Part shown: piece after piece, positions 19,167 to 28,776 of the stretch
Position numbering within the stretch: the stretch's first letter is position 1
Layout of the letters: each line of letters opens with the position of its first letter
Assembly: GCA_963796685.1 (NCBI GenBank)
Contig: CAWCMR010000009.1
Span: 192,001 to 256,000 of the forward strand
From: an uncultured delta proteobacterium
GTDB lineage: Bacteria; Myxococcota_A; Polyangia; Fen-1088
DNA length: 64,000 nucleotides
Reading direction: 5' to 3'
Position numbers and translations under genes: made by a program
The notes under the pieces: generated by a model
Databases searched by the model: none
The model's input: the letters and a program-made list of their open reading frames with translations, nothing else
What the model was told of the DNA's origin: nothing

Positions 19167-19822
19167 GCGGTCCTCTCTTTGCAATTTGGAATTACTTCAA
19201 CCAAAGTCCGAGCCTGTCGCCGACTCGCGTCGGCGAGCGCCTCGTGATCGGCGAGTGCCTTCTCGAAGGACAGCCTCGCCACCCGCAGCCGCGAATAGGC
19301 GGTGCCCAGGGGTATCGCGAGTGCTTGAACCACCTCCGGCACCGTCATTCCCAGAACCTCCACCATCACGAAGACCTCCCGCTTCGCTTCGCCGAGACCT
19401 GCCAGGATGCGATCGAGCAGGCCCAGCTCGGCATTCATCTCTGCCATGTCGAGAGGCGATGGCCGAGGCGGTTGAGACCATTTGAGCTCGGTGCCGAGCC
19501 GAGCACATGCGGCATCCCTCGTCCGCCTGGAGCGCCGGTGGTCGCTCGTGGTGCGACGCACGATGCCGTAGATCCAGCTTCGCAGAGACTCCGGGTGTTG
19601 CAACGTGGCAAGCCTGGCGTGGATCACGACGAATACGTCTTGAACCACATCGTCGACGGCATCCCTTTCGACGCCGAGATGTCTGACCGAGCACCACACG
19701 AAGTCAAAGTATTGTTTGTAGATGTGCCCGAATGGAGGAAGCGAAAACGTTGAGCGTCGCGGGCCGATCTCGACACCCGACAAGGCGATTGGCTCAATGG
19801 CATTTGCATTGCTTTCAATCAT
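19163..19822 (-). CDS. ECF sigma factor with no adjacent anti-sigma, coupled to GH30
   Basis: DDVVQDVFVVI, RSWIYGIVRR, KREVFVMVEV, IPLGTAYSRLRVAR; ATGA overlap with GH30; start uncertain. Confidence 0.9.
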   Translation of the reverse strand: MIESNANAIEPIALSGVEIGPRRSTFSLPPFGHIYKQYFDFVWCSVRHLGVERDAVDDVVQDVFVVIHARLATLQHPESLRSWIYGIVRRTTSDHRRSRRTRDAACARLGTELKWSQPPRPSPLDMAEMNAELGLLDRILAGLGEAKREVFVMVEVLGMTVPEVVQALAIPLGTAYSRLRVARLSFEKALADHEALADASRRQARTLVEVIPNCKERTA

Positions 19823-20142
19823 CTGACGTTCCCCTGCTGTGAACGGCGAGCTCGAGGTTCCGGCGTCGGGCTGGGCGGAATCGCGTGCCGCCCCAAAAGA
19901 ACGCTTCCGCGAGGACCCGGGTCCGGCTCATGGAGATCTCCATAGTAATGACTGTCTCGACGCCGCCTTTGTTGTAACGATTTCTCGATCTCCGACGCTG
20001 ACGCCCGTTTACCTCGTCCGACTCATCACACACGTCGCAATGGAAGCGTGAGGCTTGCGCCACTGCACAAGACGTTACGGGTTTGGTGAAAGCGTGCGGT
20101 TTCGGTACGCGAAGGTCGACATCGGATTTTTCGGAGGTTTGT

Positions 20143-21687
20143 ATGCGCGTAAGACAATTCCACTGTGTCGCCCTCGCCCTGCTTCTTGGGCCACTGGGCT
20201 GCGGGTCCTCGGGATCGGGCGACGCCTCGGGCCAAGGGGGAGCTGGCGGCAGCGGCGGCGCCGGGGCCGGCGGCGGATTTGCTGGCACCGGTGGCGTGTC
20301 CGGCAGCGGTGGGGGGACCGGCACCGGCGGCGCGAGCGGTGGTGGTAGTCGCGGCTCGGGTGGAACAAGCGGGTCGGGAGGAGCAACCGGTTCAGGTGGG
20401 GCGGCCAGCTCAGGCGGAGCGGCCAGCTCGGGCGGGACAACCGGCTCGGGTGGCGTGGCCGACAGCGGGGGCCGCAGCTCGGGCGGCGCGACTGGCACCG
20501 GCGGCGGCGGTACCTCCGGCAGTGGCGGTCGCAGCTTGGGCGGCGCAACCGGCTCAGGGGGAACGACCCGTTCGGATGCAGCGACCGACGGCGGTGACGC
20601 GAACGGCTCAGGCGGCTCGAATGGGAACGGTGGAGCAGCCGGGTCCGGCGGCACCACGGGAGTCGGCGGAGCGGCAGGCGACCTTTGTCCACCCGTGGAT
20701 GCGGGGGTCGTCACCGGCACCATCAACAACAGCGGCTCTTGGAATGATACGACGGGCAAGCACATTCAGGCCCACGGCGGTGGGCTCATCAAGGTCTGCG
20801 ACACCTGGTACTGGTTCGGTGAAGACAAAACCCTGAACACGAATGGTACGGGCAACTTTCACGCCATCAGCTGCTACGCCTCCAAGGATCTTGCCAACTG
20901 GGAGCATCGCAATTCGGTCGTCACCACCAGCACGGACCCCGTGCTGAACAACGTCAATCTGATCATCGAGCGACCCAAGGTCATCTACAACGCATCCACG
21001 AAGCTATACGTGATGTGGGCCCACTGGGATATGGAAGCCTGCTCCGGGGCGAGCGGCGGCTACTGTGACTCCGAGGCCGTGATTTTCACCAGCCCCACCG
21101 TGGATGGCAACTACACGTACGTGAAGCACTTCACGCCCGGGGGAAACGCTTCGAGAGACTGCACCCTGTGGCAAGAGCCCGACGGGACCGCCTACTTCGT
21201 CTCCACAGGAGCACAGGGCCAAACCTCGTCGGGAACCTTTAGTCAGACGGAGGTCTACCAGCTCTCGAGCGACTATTTGACCGTCTCGAACACCACGAAG
21301 ATTTGGGCCAATGACACCCGGGAGGCCTACGCATTCTGGAAAGTCGATGGCAAGTACTACGGTATCAGCTCGGGGCAGACCGGCTGGGCCCCGAACCAGG
21401 CAGCGTACTTGACCTCCACCGGCTCGATTACCGGGCCGTGGAACAATAGTTTCACCGGCGTCGGCGCGAACAACTCGACCTGGAGCTCTCAGCCCACCTA
21501 CGTGATCCCCATCGTGGGCAGCCAGACGACGACCTATATCTACGCGGCTGACATATGGAATTCCAACAATCTCAGCCTTTCGACGTATCTCTGGCTACCG
21601 TTCACCTTTGACGGCACAAAGTGGACCTTGACCTACTCCGCCCAATGGTCCATCAACCTTGCGACAGGTGTCGTGACGACCAACTGA
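20143..21687 (+). CDS. GH43 lipoprotein (exo-beta-1,3-galactanase-like, GH43_24 type)
   Basis: GGAGG RBS; lipobox PLGC; Gly stalk; IQAHGGG, YWFGE, IERPKVIYN, SRD, REA, SSQPT. Confidence 0.85.
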   Translation: MRVRQFHCVALALLLGPLGCGSSGSGDASGQGGAGGSGGAGAGGGFAGTGGVSGSGGGTGTGGASGGGSRGSGGTSGSGGATGSGGAASSGGAASSGGTTGSGGVADSGGRSSGGATGTGGGGTSGSGGRSLGGATGSGGTTRSDAATDGGDANGSGGSNGNGGAAGSGGTTGVGGAAGDLCPPVDAGVVTGTINNSGSWNDTTGKHIQAHGGGLIKVCDTWYWFGEDKTLNTNGTGNFHAISCYASKDLANWEHRNSVVTTSTDPVLNNVNLIIERPKVIYNASTKLYVMWAHWDMEACSGASGGYCDSEAVIFTSPTVDGNYTYVKHFTPGGNASRDCTLWQEPDGTAYFVSTGAQGQTSSGTFSQTEVYQLSSDYLTVSNTTKIWANDTREAYAFWKVDGKYYGISSGQTGWAPNQAAYLTSTGSITGPWNNSFTGVGANNSTWSSQPTYVIPIVGSQTTTYIYAADIWNSNNLSLSTYLWLPFTFDGTKWTLTYSAQWSINLATGVVTTN

Positions 21688-21695
21688 ATCACCGG

Positions 21696-23486
21696 TCACG
21701 ATCTTCTACGCCGAATCCACGGCACGAGGGTGAGGCCGAGCAACAGCCACAAGCCGCCGCCCGCTCGTGTGCGTCCCTGTATCGTACAGGAACAACCAGA
21801 GGATGAGGTGCCGCCCGCCGTGGTCGAGGCCCCAGCCGCACCCGAATTGCCGCCTTCCTGGCCACCTGAGCCGGCAGCGCCATGTCCACCCGAGCCCGCA
21901 CCGGCTGCTCCTGCGCCGTCGCCACTGCCCGCGCTCGATCCGCCAGAGCCGCCTCCGCCGGAGCCCGCCGCGCCGCCGGAGGCAGCTACGGTCGTTCCGC
22001 CGGTGTTGCCCAAGCGCCCCCCGGTGGCAGTTGCGCCGCCGGAGCCGCTTCCGCCTGGCCCGCCATCGGCCCCGTTGCGACCACCCGTGGCAGTTGCACC
22101 GCCCGATCCGGTGCCCCCCACACCGCCCGCCCCAGTCGCGCCGCCTGCTCCATTTCCTCCTGACCCGCCGTCCGCCCCACTGCGCCCGCCACTTCCGGTT
22201 GCACCACCGGAGCCGCTTCCACCTATCCCGCCGTCGCGACCGCTGCTTCCCGCAGCGCCCCCGGTTCCACTGCTTCCCCCGCTCCCACCTGTGCCGATGC
22301 TTCCGCCGGTACCAAAGTCGTTGTCGAACGCGACGCCGTCGAAGGGCACCACGATGACCTTGGTGCCGTGATTGGTACCGGGCAGGACCTGGTTGTCCTT
22401 GTCGACATCGGATACGGCCCAAGTGATATGGGTTGGGTGGCCGTCTTCCAGCACCACGCCCGGTCGCTCCATCTTGTACCATGCCGTGCAGGTGGTGGTT
22501 CCTTCGTAACAGAAGATCTTCTGGTAATCCCGCGGAGACCAAGCGTACCCGTTGTCCTGCCAACTGAGGCCGTCAGGCGAATACACGTGCCAGCCGACTC
22601 GATCTCCGGAACCCGAATAGATGACGTGGTAGGTCCCGCCGCTGCGCCAAATGTGGGGATCTTCTTGCCAGATATTGGTCGGATTGGGTACGCCCGGTAT
22701 CGAGGTCCGCTTCGGGTAGATGCTGCCGACGACCGGATTACCCTGTGCGTCGGTAGGGTTCTGGGTATACGCGCACGTCGGCTTCTGCTTCACGTAGTGG
22801 CCACACAGGGTGTCCGCGATCGCGATGGTCCCGTTGCGCTCCACGATTTGGTACTTGCCGTCGTGGCGCGGAAACATGCTTATGTTGGACGCACCGATAT
22901 CGCTTTGGGGCGAACAACCCGTCCATGGGCCGTCGAGCGAGCTCGACTTGAAGATCTGGAAGGGAACGATCTCGCTGACGATGACCGCGTAGGTACCGTC
23001 GGGCAGCTCGACCGCGGAGACGTTGTGCCCCTTGTGCGGTGTGGAGCCGCCGGTACTGTACACGTAGTCTTGCCGTAGGTACGGACCAAGCACGTTGGTT
23101 TGGCTGATGGCATGGTAGGCGTCCGAGCCCTGCCAGGCCGTACCGAAGTTCGAGTTTGCGTCGAACGTGCTCATGAACATGTGGTACTTGCCGTCGGTGG
23201 CCTTGATGATCTGGCCGTCCCAGTAGTACCACTGCGGATGAACGCCAGCGCCCATGGCGCTCTCGATGCCGTTGGAGATGTCGCGCGGAATGACGCCCGC
23301 CACGCCCCAGGTGGCGGAGCTGAGCGGCGCGACCGTGGGAGTCGGTTTGATATACTCTTCGAACGGTTTCGCGCTTGCGGTTCCAGCCAGGCCGACGTAC
23401 GCGAGAACGACGGCCGTCGCGATGCCGCCCGCCAGTCGTGCCGATTGCGTTGAAGAAGGTGAAAGCGCTTGGTGCGGTTTGCGCAT
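21696..23486 (-). CDS. five-bladed beta-propeller (GH43-like) glycoside hydrolase + Gly stalk + MYXO-CTERM
   Basis: YYWDGQII, YHMFMS, GHNV, EDPHIWR, KMERP; GCSC-TM-RRRR tail. Confidence 0.7.
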   Translation of the reverse strand: MRKPHQALSPSSTQSARLAGGIATAVVLAYVGLAGTASAKPFEEYIKPTPTVAPLSSATWGVAGVIPRDISNGIESAMGAGVHPQWYYWDGQIIKATDGKYHMFMSTFDANSNFGTAWQGSDAYHAISQTNVLGPYLRQDYVYSTGGSTPHKGHNVSAVELPDGTYAVIVSEIVPFQIFKSSSLDGPWTGCSPQSDIGASNISMFPRHDGKYQIVERNGTIAIADTLCGHYVKQKPTCAYTQNPTDAQGNPVVGSIYPKRTSIPGVPNPTNIWQEDPHIWRSGGTYHVIYSGSGDRVGWHVYSPDGLSWQDNGYAWSPRDYQKIFCYEGTTTCTAWYKMERPGVVLEDGHPTHITWAVSDVDKDNQVLPGTNHGTKVIVVPFDGVAFDNDFGTGGSIGTGGSGGSSGTGGAAGSSGRDGGIGGSGSGGATGSGGRSGADGGSGGNGAGGATGAGGVGGTGSGGATATGGRNGADGGPGGSGSGGATATGGRLGNTGGTTVAASGGAAGSGGGGSGGSSAGSGDGAGAAGAGSGGHGAAGSGGQEGGNSGAAGASTTAGGTSSSGCSCTIQGRTRAGGGLWLLLGLTLVPWIRRRRS

Positions 23487-23623
23487 GATGGGAACCTCGT
23501 CTTTCATGGCGGAACGGATTGATCTTACGTGGGCAGTGGCGCGAACCTCACGGTTCCGTCTCGATCGCGCCCTCGGTTGCCACGCACGACCGCACACGGC
23601 ACCAGACGGCAGCAACAGACGAC

Positions 23624-26296
23624 TTACTGCACGCGCAAGAGGGCCGCCGATTCCCCCAGCTTCTTACCCTGGGAATCCAGGACCGACAGCTTGTAGCTGC
23701 CCGCCGTCGTGGGCACCGGAATCGACGTTGCATTCCCCGCAGCCTTCGTCATCGTCGCACCCTCCGCGAAGGCCGTCGTGCCGGCTGGAGCAAACCACAC
23801 CGTGCTCGTGGCGTCGCCGCTACTCCTGATGGTCAGGCTGGCGGTCCCTTTCGGCGCCGCGCAACTGGCGGGAAACACAAAGTCCGGTGTCGAAACCAGA
23901 CTGGTCGGCACAACGCTCCGATAAGCGTCCTCGACGCCCGAGGCCACGGCGTATCCATACTGGGTCACGGGCCACACGGCATCGGCAACCACCACAGGCG
24001 TGTCGATCTGGCTATTCGGCGGGTTGGCGCCCATCTTGTTGACGGTTGCATAGGTCCTCAAAATGGTCAGGTCGTGCTTTGCACCGTAGTCCTCGCAATT
24101 GATGGTGTAGGTGACGCCCTTGTCAATGTCGAGGACGCTGTCATTCTCCGTGATAAACGCGCTCCCCTCGTCGTTGTGCAGGCCGTACGTGGGGCCTGAG
24201 GTATTGGGTGGAATCCCCTTGACGTAATTCTGGTTGATGGTGGTTCCCGGCTCTTGCCCGATGGTGTAGATGGCGCCGCTGTCGTGCAGTCGGGTCATCA
24301 TGTTATTGAAGCGATTGAAGCTGCACGTGTTGTTCTTGCAAGTGGTCGAGTCCGTGAAGTTCTTCCAACCCCATCCCAGATTGATCCCGTTGTAAGCGGT
24401 CGAGTGAATGAGATTGTGGGTAATTGCAAGCGTGTCCACGAAGAACGCGGTAATCCCCGAATGCCCGCCGAACCCGGGAAGGGTACTCACGTTGTAGACG
24501 ACGTTGTTGTCTATCGTATCCTTGATGCAGGCACCCTCCACGCCCTTGGCGTACTTCTCGTGGGTGCCGCCGTCTCCTATGTAGACGTGCTGCGGGTGAC
24601 CAATCGTGATGCCACTGCCGGCAATGTCGGTGATGTAGTTGCCAACGATGTTCGAATTGACAACGTCGTTGATCATCGAAATCCCCTCATTGCCGCTGTG
24701 CTTGATCACGTTGCCGACGATGTCGATCGAATCGGCGCTGTTCACCATGATCATCCCCGGGAACGTGTCGACGATCTCGTACTTGGAGGCGTGCCAATCG
24801 CCGCTACCGTAGGCGATGAACACGGTTGCGCCCTGCACGCTCGCCTTGCCGTAGGAGTCCCCCACCTTGTACAACATGTAGTCGGTGTTGGCGAAGGTGA
24901 TGCCCTGGATGGTGATGTTCTTGACCCGGTCCGTGGTCGAAGTCCCGGCGATACTGAGCAAGGTCTCCGCCACAGGTGCCTCGACGTCTGCCGTGCTCAT
25001 GTCCTCACCCGAGCGGGGATAGTAGTAGAGCGTTCCCGTGGTCTTGTCGAAATAGAACTGCCCCGCGGCGGTCAGCCAGGCGAATACGTTGAGGATCTTG
25101 TGACTACCCGTCACGCTGAAACCGGAGCTCCAGCCCGGCAACTGCGCGATGATCCCGTAGGGCTGCTGCAGCATCAGCCCCCTGTTGCCGTCGGAAGCGG
25201 TCACGACGTCTCTCGTGCAGACGATGTTCTCATTCCACGTGGTGCCGTTGACGATCTCGAGGTCGTCCTTGTTGCTGGTGATGGCCGGCACGTCCGATGC
25301 GCTGTACTCGACCCCGTCGCTACCGCTGCCACTGTTCCACGCCCACGTGGCTTGTCCGCTGGTAACGGAATAGGTCCCGGTCCCGCCTTTCGACGTGACG
25401 GTCTTGCTGGTCATGTTGGCCCTGGCGTCGTTCACGTACAGGTTGCGCAACTTCGTCTTGCGGTCGAGCGAGGCCTTGTAGATGTTGCCGCTGCTCACGG
25501 TCCAGCCGGTCACCTTCGTGGCGCCGCTCAGCACCGGCGTTTCACCGGGATACGCCTGATAGTAGATCCGATGGTTGCCCGTACCCGAATCCTTGCTCTC
25601 GAGGCTGATCGCGCTCGTGATCCGGTAGTCCCCGCCTCGAAGATAGACGTAGATGTCGCCGGTCATGTTGCTATTGACGGCGCGAACCGCGTCGCGCGCC
25701 TTGGTGATGGTCTGAAAGGGCGTGCCTGCGCTGCCGTCATTGGTGTCGCTGCCTGACGGTGAAACGTAGTAGCAGGCCTGGGCTTGCGCCTTGGGACACA
25801 CGTCGGTCGAGCCGCCAGCGCCGCCTGTGCCGGCGCTCGTGCTCCCGCCCGTGACCGGGCTCGCAGTGCCACCCGAGCCGGCTGTCGACTTGCCGCCAGC
25901 CCCGCCACTGCCAATCGTGCCGGCGACACCGCCCGTCCCGGCGCCCGTGCCGCCACTGCCAGCCCCGCCGACGCCGCCTGCGCTGCCGCTCGTGCCGCCG
26001 GCGATCTTGCCACCCGATGCCACCACGGTGCCGCCGCCGAAGCCACCGCCAGCGCCCCCTCTGCCGCCCGTGCCAGAGCTCGCAGTGCCACCCGAGCCGC
26101 CGATCACGCTGCCACCAGAGCCGCCCCCGGCGCCGCTCGCTCTTCCTGCGGCGCCGCCACTGCCGGAGAGGGTCCCGGCACCGGAGCCGCCATTCTGATG
26201 GGTCGTGGCGGTCCCCGAGCTACAGGCCATGAGCAGAAGCGCAAGCCCACCGGCAACACCCGATTGTCGAGCTCTTTCCATGAGACGAAGCTGCAT
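23624..26296 (-). CDS. right-handed parallel beta-helix lipoprotein (GH141/pectin-lyase-like)
   Basis: lipobox LMAC; Gly stalk; YYVSPSGSDTNDGS...VYLRGGDY, GINLGWGW, DSGAIYT, LHNDEGS; start may be 26282. Confidence 0.7.
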   Translation of the reverse strand: MQLRLMERARQSGVAGGLALLLMACSSGTATTHQNGGSGAGTLSGSGGAAGRASGAGGGSGGSVIGGSGGTASSGTGGRGGAGGGFGGGTVVASGGKIAGGTSGSAGGVGGAGSGGTGAGTGGVAGTIGSGGAGGKSTAGSGGTASPVTGGSTSAGTGGAGGSTDVCPKAQAQACYYVSPSGSDTNDGSAGTPFQTITKARDAVRAVNSNMTGDIYVYLRGGDYRITSAISLESKDSGTGNHRIYYQAYPGETPVLSGATKVTGWTVSSGNIYKASLDRKTKLRNLYVNDARANMTSKTVTSKGGTGTYSVTSGQATWAWNSGSGSDGVEYSASDVPAITSNKDDLEIVNGTTWNENIVCTRDVVTASDGNRGLMLQQPYGIIAQLPGWSSGFSVTGSHKILNVFAWLTAAGQFYFDKTTGTLYYYPRSGEDMSTADVEAPVAETLLSIAGTSTTDRVKNITIQGITFANTDYMLYKVGDSYGKASVQGATVFIAYGSGDWHASKYEIVDTFPGMIMVNSADSIDIVGNVIKHSGNEGISMINDVVNSNIVGNYITDIAGSGITIGHPQHVYIGDGGTHEKYAKGVEGACIKDTIDNNVVYNVSTLPGFGGHSGITAFFVDTLAITHNLIHSTAYNGINLGWGWKNFTDSTTCKNNTCSFNRFNNMMTRLHDSGAIYTIGQEPGTTINQNYVKGIPPNTSGPTYGLHNDEGSAFITENDSVLDIDKGVTYTINCEDYGAKHDLTILRTYATVNKMGANPPNSQIDTPVVVADAVWPVTQYGYAVASGVEDAYRSVVPTSLVSTPDFVFPASCAAPKGTASLTIRSSGDATSTVWFAPAGTTAFAEGATMTKAAGNATSIPVPTTAGSYKLSVLDSQGKKLGESAALLRVQ

Positions 26297-26454
26297 TAGC
26301 CCGGCAGTGGCGCCAGCATCATGATTCCGTTTCTCCCACGGGCGGAGCCCTTGATTCTAGCCAACTGTCGGGAAGCTCCGCGGAGACCAACGATGCACGC
26401 GGAAGATTCCGCTACACAGAAGCGGCCCTGTCGACAGTATAGGTTGGAGGTGTT

Positions 26455-28464
26455 ATGCGAAACGGACTTTTCGGCCCCGTCGCCGGTGCATTGCTCGCCT
26501 TGACCCTGGCGCCCCAGGGCTGCGGCTCCGGTGGCGGGACACCAGGTGGGACATCCGGAGGCTCCAACGGGGGTGCGGCCGGTGGACCGTCCGGAGGCTC
26601 CGGTGGCACGGCAAACGGCACATCTGGCGGCTCCGGCGGCAGGGCCGCGAGCAGCAGCGGTGGCAGCGCCAGCGGCGGTTCGAAGGGAGATGGCGGAGCC
26701 TTGGGCAGCGGTGGAGGTGGGGCTGGCGGCAACGGCCAAGCGGCCGGTTCGGGTGGCGGAGCGGCCTGTTCCAGCGTGGCGCCATGTGGCGGTGACGTCA
26801 TCGGGACCTGGACCGTGACGTCATCATGCCTGGCCCTGTCGGGGAACATGGACGGAAAGCTGCTCGAGCTGGGATGCCCTACCGTGCCCGTCGTCGGCAG
26901 CCTGAACGTGACGGGAACGTGGACCGCCAACGCCAGCGGATTGTATGTGGACAACACGACCACCAAGGGCACCATCACCTTCCCGCTCGACCCCTCGTGC
27001 CTCATCATTTCGTCGACGCCGGTCGAGTGCTCCAAGATTGGCAGCATCTTCACCGCGGCAGGCTGGGCCACTGCCTCGTGTACCAACGACACCGGCACCT
27101 GCAACTGCACGGCCACTGCCAACCAGACCGGCGGCATCGGCGCGATTACCCCTTATGCGGCGCCCAGCGGGACGTACACGACATCGGGCAGTGGGCTCAA
27201 CCTCGACGACTATGTGGACTACGCCTACTGCGTTTCGGCAAACACGTTGGCCCTGACGCCACAGCCGACGGGACAGCCCTTGACGGGCACGGTCGTTCTG
27301 CAGAAAAACGCCGCCCCGGGGACAGGCGGAGCCGGCGGCTCCACTGGCTCCGGCGGAGCAAGCAACGCCTCGGGAGGAAGAGCCGGCGCGGGCGGTGCCG
27401 CCGGCCAGGCCGGTTCGGGCGGAAGGACCGGTGCAGGCGGAGGGGCGGGCTCTGGCGGCACCAACGGGTCAGGCGGAACAACTGGCGCTGGCGGCGCCAC
27501 TGGGCCTTGCGATATCTTTGCGGCTGCCAGCACGCCCTGCGTGGCCGCACACAGCGTGGTCAGGGCGCTCTATGGCGCCTACGACAAGCCCCTCTATCAG
27601 GTCAGGCGCGCCTCGGACAACGCCACGAAAGACATCCTGCCCCTGGCCGCCGGTGGCATCGCCGACACCGCGCCAGAGGACACCTTCTGCGCCGGCTCGA
27701 CCTGTGTCCTGACCGTCGTCTACGATCAATCGGGCAAGGGAAACGACCTGTGGTACCAGGGCTCGACGCAGGTCCCCGCATCGCCCTCGAGCAGCCCGGC
27801 GAAAGCGACCGTCGACGCGGTGACGATCGGCGGCCACAAGGTCTACTCCGTGTACATCAGTCCGGGGAATTGCTACTGGCACGACGGTTCCAAGTCGGGC
27901 ATGGCAACCGGTAGCCAACCCGAGGGAATGTACATGGTGACCAGCAGTCGGCACGCCAACGGCGGCTGTTGCTTCGACTATGGCAACAGCGAAACCGACC
28001 GAACTGCAGATGGATCGGGGGCTATGGATTCCCTCAATTTCAGCACGACCGGCACCTGGGGCACCGGGGCCGGATCCGGTCCATGGGTGATGGCCGATCT
28101 CGAGTACGGACTATTCGCCGAAGGCGACAGCAAGAGCAACTCGAAGGATCCCGCCCAGACGGCCCCGTTCGTCACCGCGGTGTTGAAGAACAACGGCACG
28201 ACGGAATACGCGCTGAGGGGTGCCGATGCAACTTCGGGCAGCCTGGCCACGTACTACAAGGGTGCGCTGCCTGGAGGCTGGAGCCCGATGAAGAAGCAGG
28301 GTGCGCTCATCCTCGGCTGTGGCGGCGACTGCTGCAAGCCCAGTGGCGGCGCCAACGCCAGCTCGGGAATCTTCTTCGAAGGGGCGATTGTCACCGGCTA
28401 TCCGAGCGACGCAACGGAAGAAGCGATTCAGGCGAACATCGTGGCCGCCGGATACGGCAAATAG
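26455..28464 (+). CDS. GH54 alpha-L-arabinofuranosidase B lipoprotein with an extra Cys-rich N-terminal module
   Basis: PCDIF, PCVAAHS, YDQSG, GCCFDYGNSE, GPWVMADLE, FFEG; no CBM42; lipobox PQGC. Confidence 0.9.
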   Translation: MRNGLFGPVAGALLALTLAPQGCGSGGGTPGGTSGGSNGGAAGGPSGGSGGTANGTSGGSGGRAASSSGGSASGGSKGDGGALGSGGGGAGGNGQAAGSGGGAACSSVAPCGGDVIGTWTVTSSCLALSGNMDGKLLELGCPTVPVVGSLNVTGTWTANASGLYVDNTTTKGTITFPLDPSCLIISSTPVECSKIGSIFTAAGWATASCTNDTGTCNCTATANQTGGIGAITPYAAPSGTYTTSGSGLNLDDYVDYAYCVSANTLALTPQPTGQPLTGTVVLQKNAAPGTGGAGGSTGSGGASNASGGRAGAGGAAGQAGSGGRTGAGGGAGSGGTNGSGGTTGAGGATGPCDIFAAASTPCVAAHSVVRALYGAYDKPLYQVRRASDNATKDILPLAAGGIADTAPEDTFCAGSTCVLTVVYDQSGKGNDLWYQGSTQVPASPSSSPAKATVDAVTIGGHKVYSVYISPGNCYWHDGSKSGMATGSQPEGMYMVTSSRHANGGCCFDYGNSETDRTADGSGAMDSLNFSTTGTWGTGAGSGPWVMADLEYGLFAEGDSKSNSKDPAQTAPFVTAVLKNNGTTEYALRGADATSGSLATYYKGALPGGWSPMKKQGALILGCGGDCCKPSGGANASSGIFFEGAIVTGYPSDATEEAIQANIVAAGYGK

Positions 28465-28776
28465 GTCGGGGGCTCCGAGGAACGCCGCGGCTCGACATGC
28501 GCGACGGGTGCGGGCGGACAACGCAGCCCCGCGGCAGAGCGACATCGCAATGCGGCACGACGGCGAACGGCGCCCCCCCTAGCCGCACCCATACAATCGG
28601 CGACGGTCATGACACGCGGGTCAAGTCCGGGAGCATCATGCTGTCAAAGCAGATGGACTTCCGTGGCTGCTCCCACTGCTCAGCCTGACGGGTGCTCGTA
28701 CCGGTTCTATTCGCCAGTCGCGGTCACCCTTCATAGCCACGAAACCGAACACCTCCACACAGCAAAGAGGACGATC

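Noticed and set aside
9625-20080. GTAACG/CGTTAC half-sites upstream of CAZyme genes (~9631, ~19974, ~20073) as LacI-type operators
   Set aside because: Only short half-sites, no full palindrome and no LacI gene in the window; indistinguishable from chance without a motif scan
21730-22371. Pro-rich and Ala-rich ORFs opposite the Gly stalks (also 6652-7239, 7571-8470, 25791-26198)
   Set aside because: Reverse-complement readings of GGN-rich linkers, not independent genes
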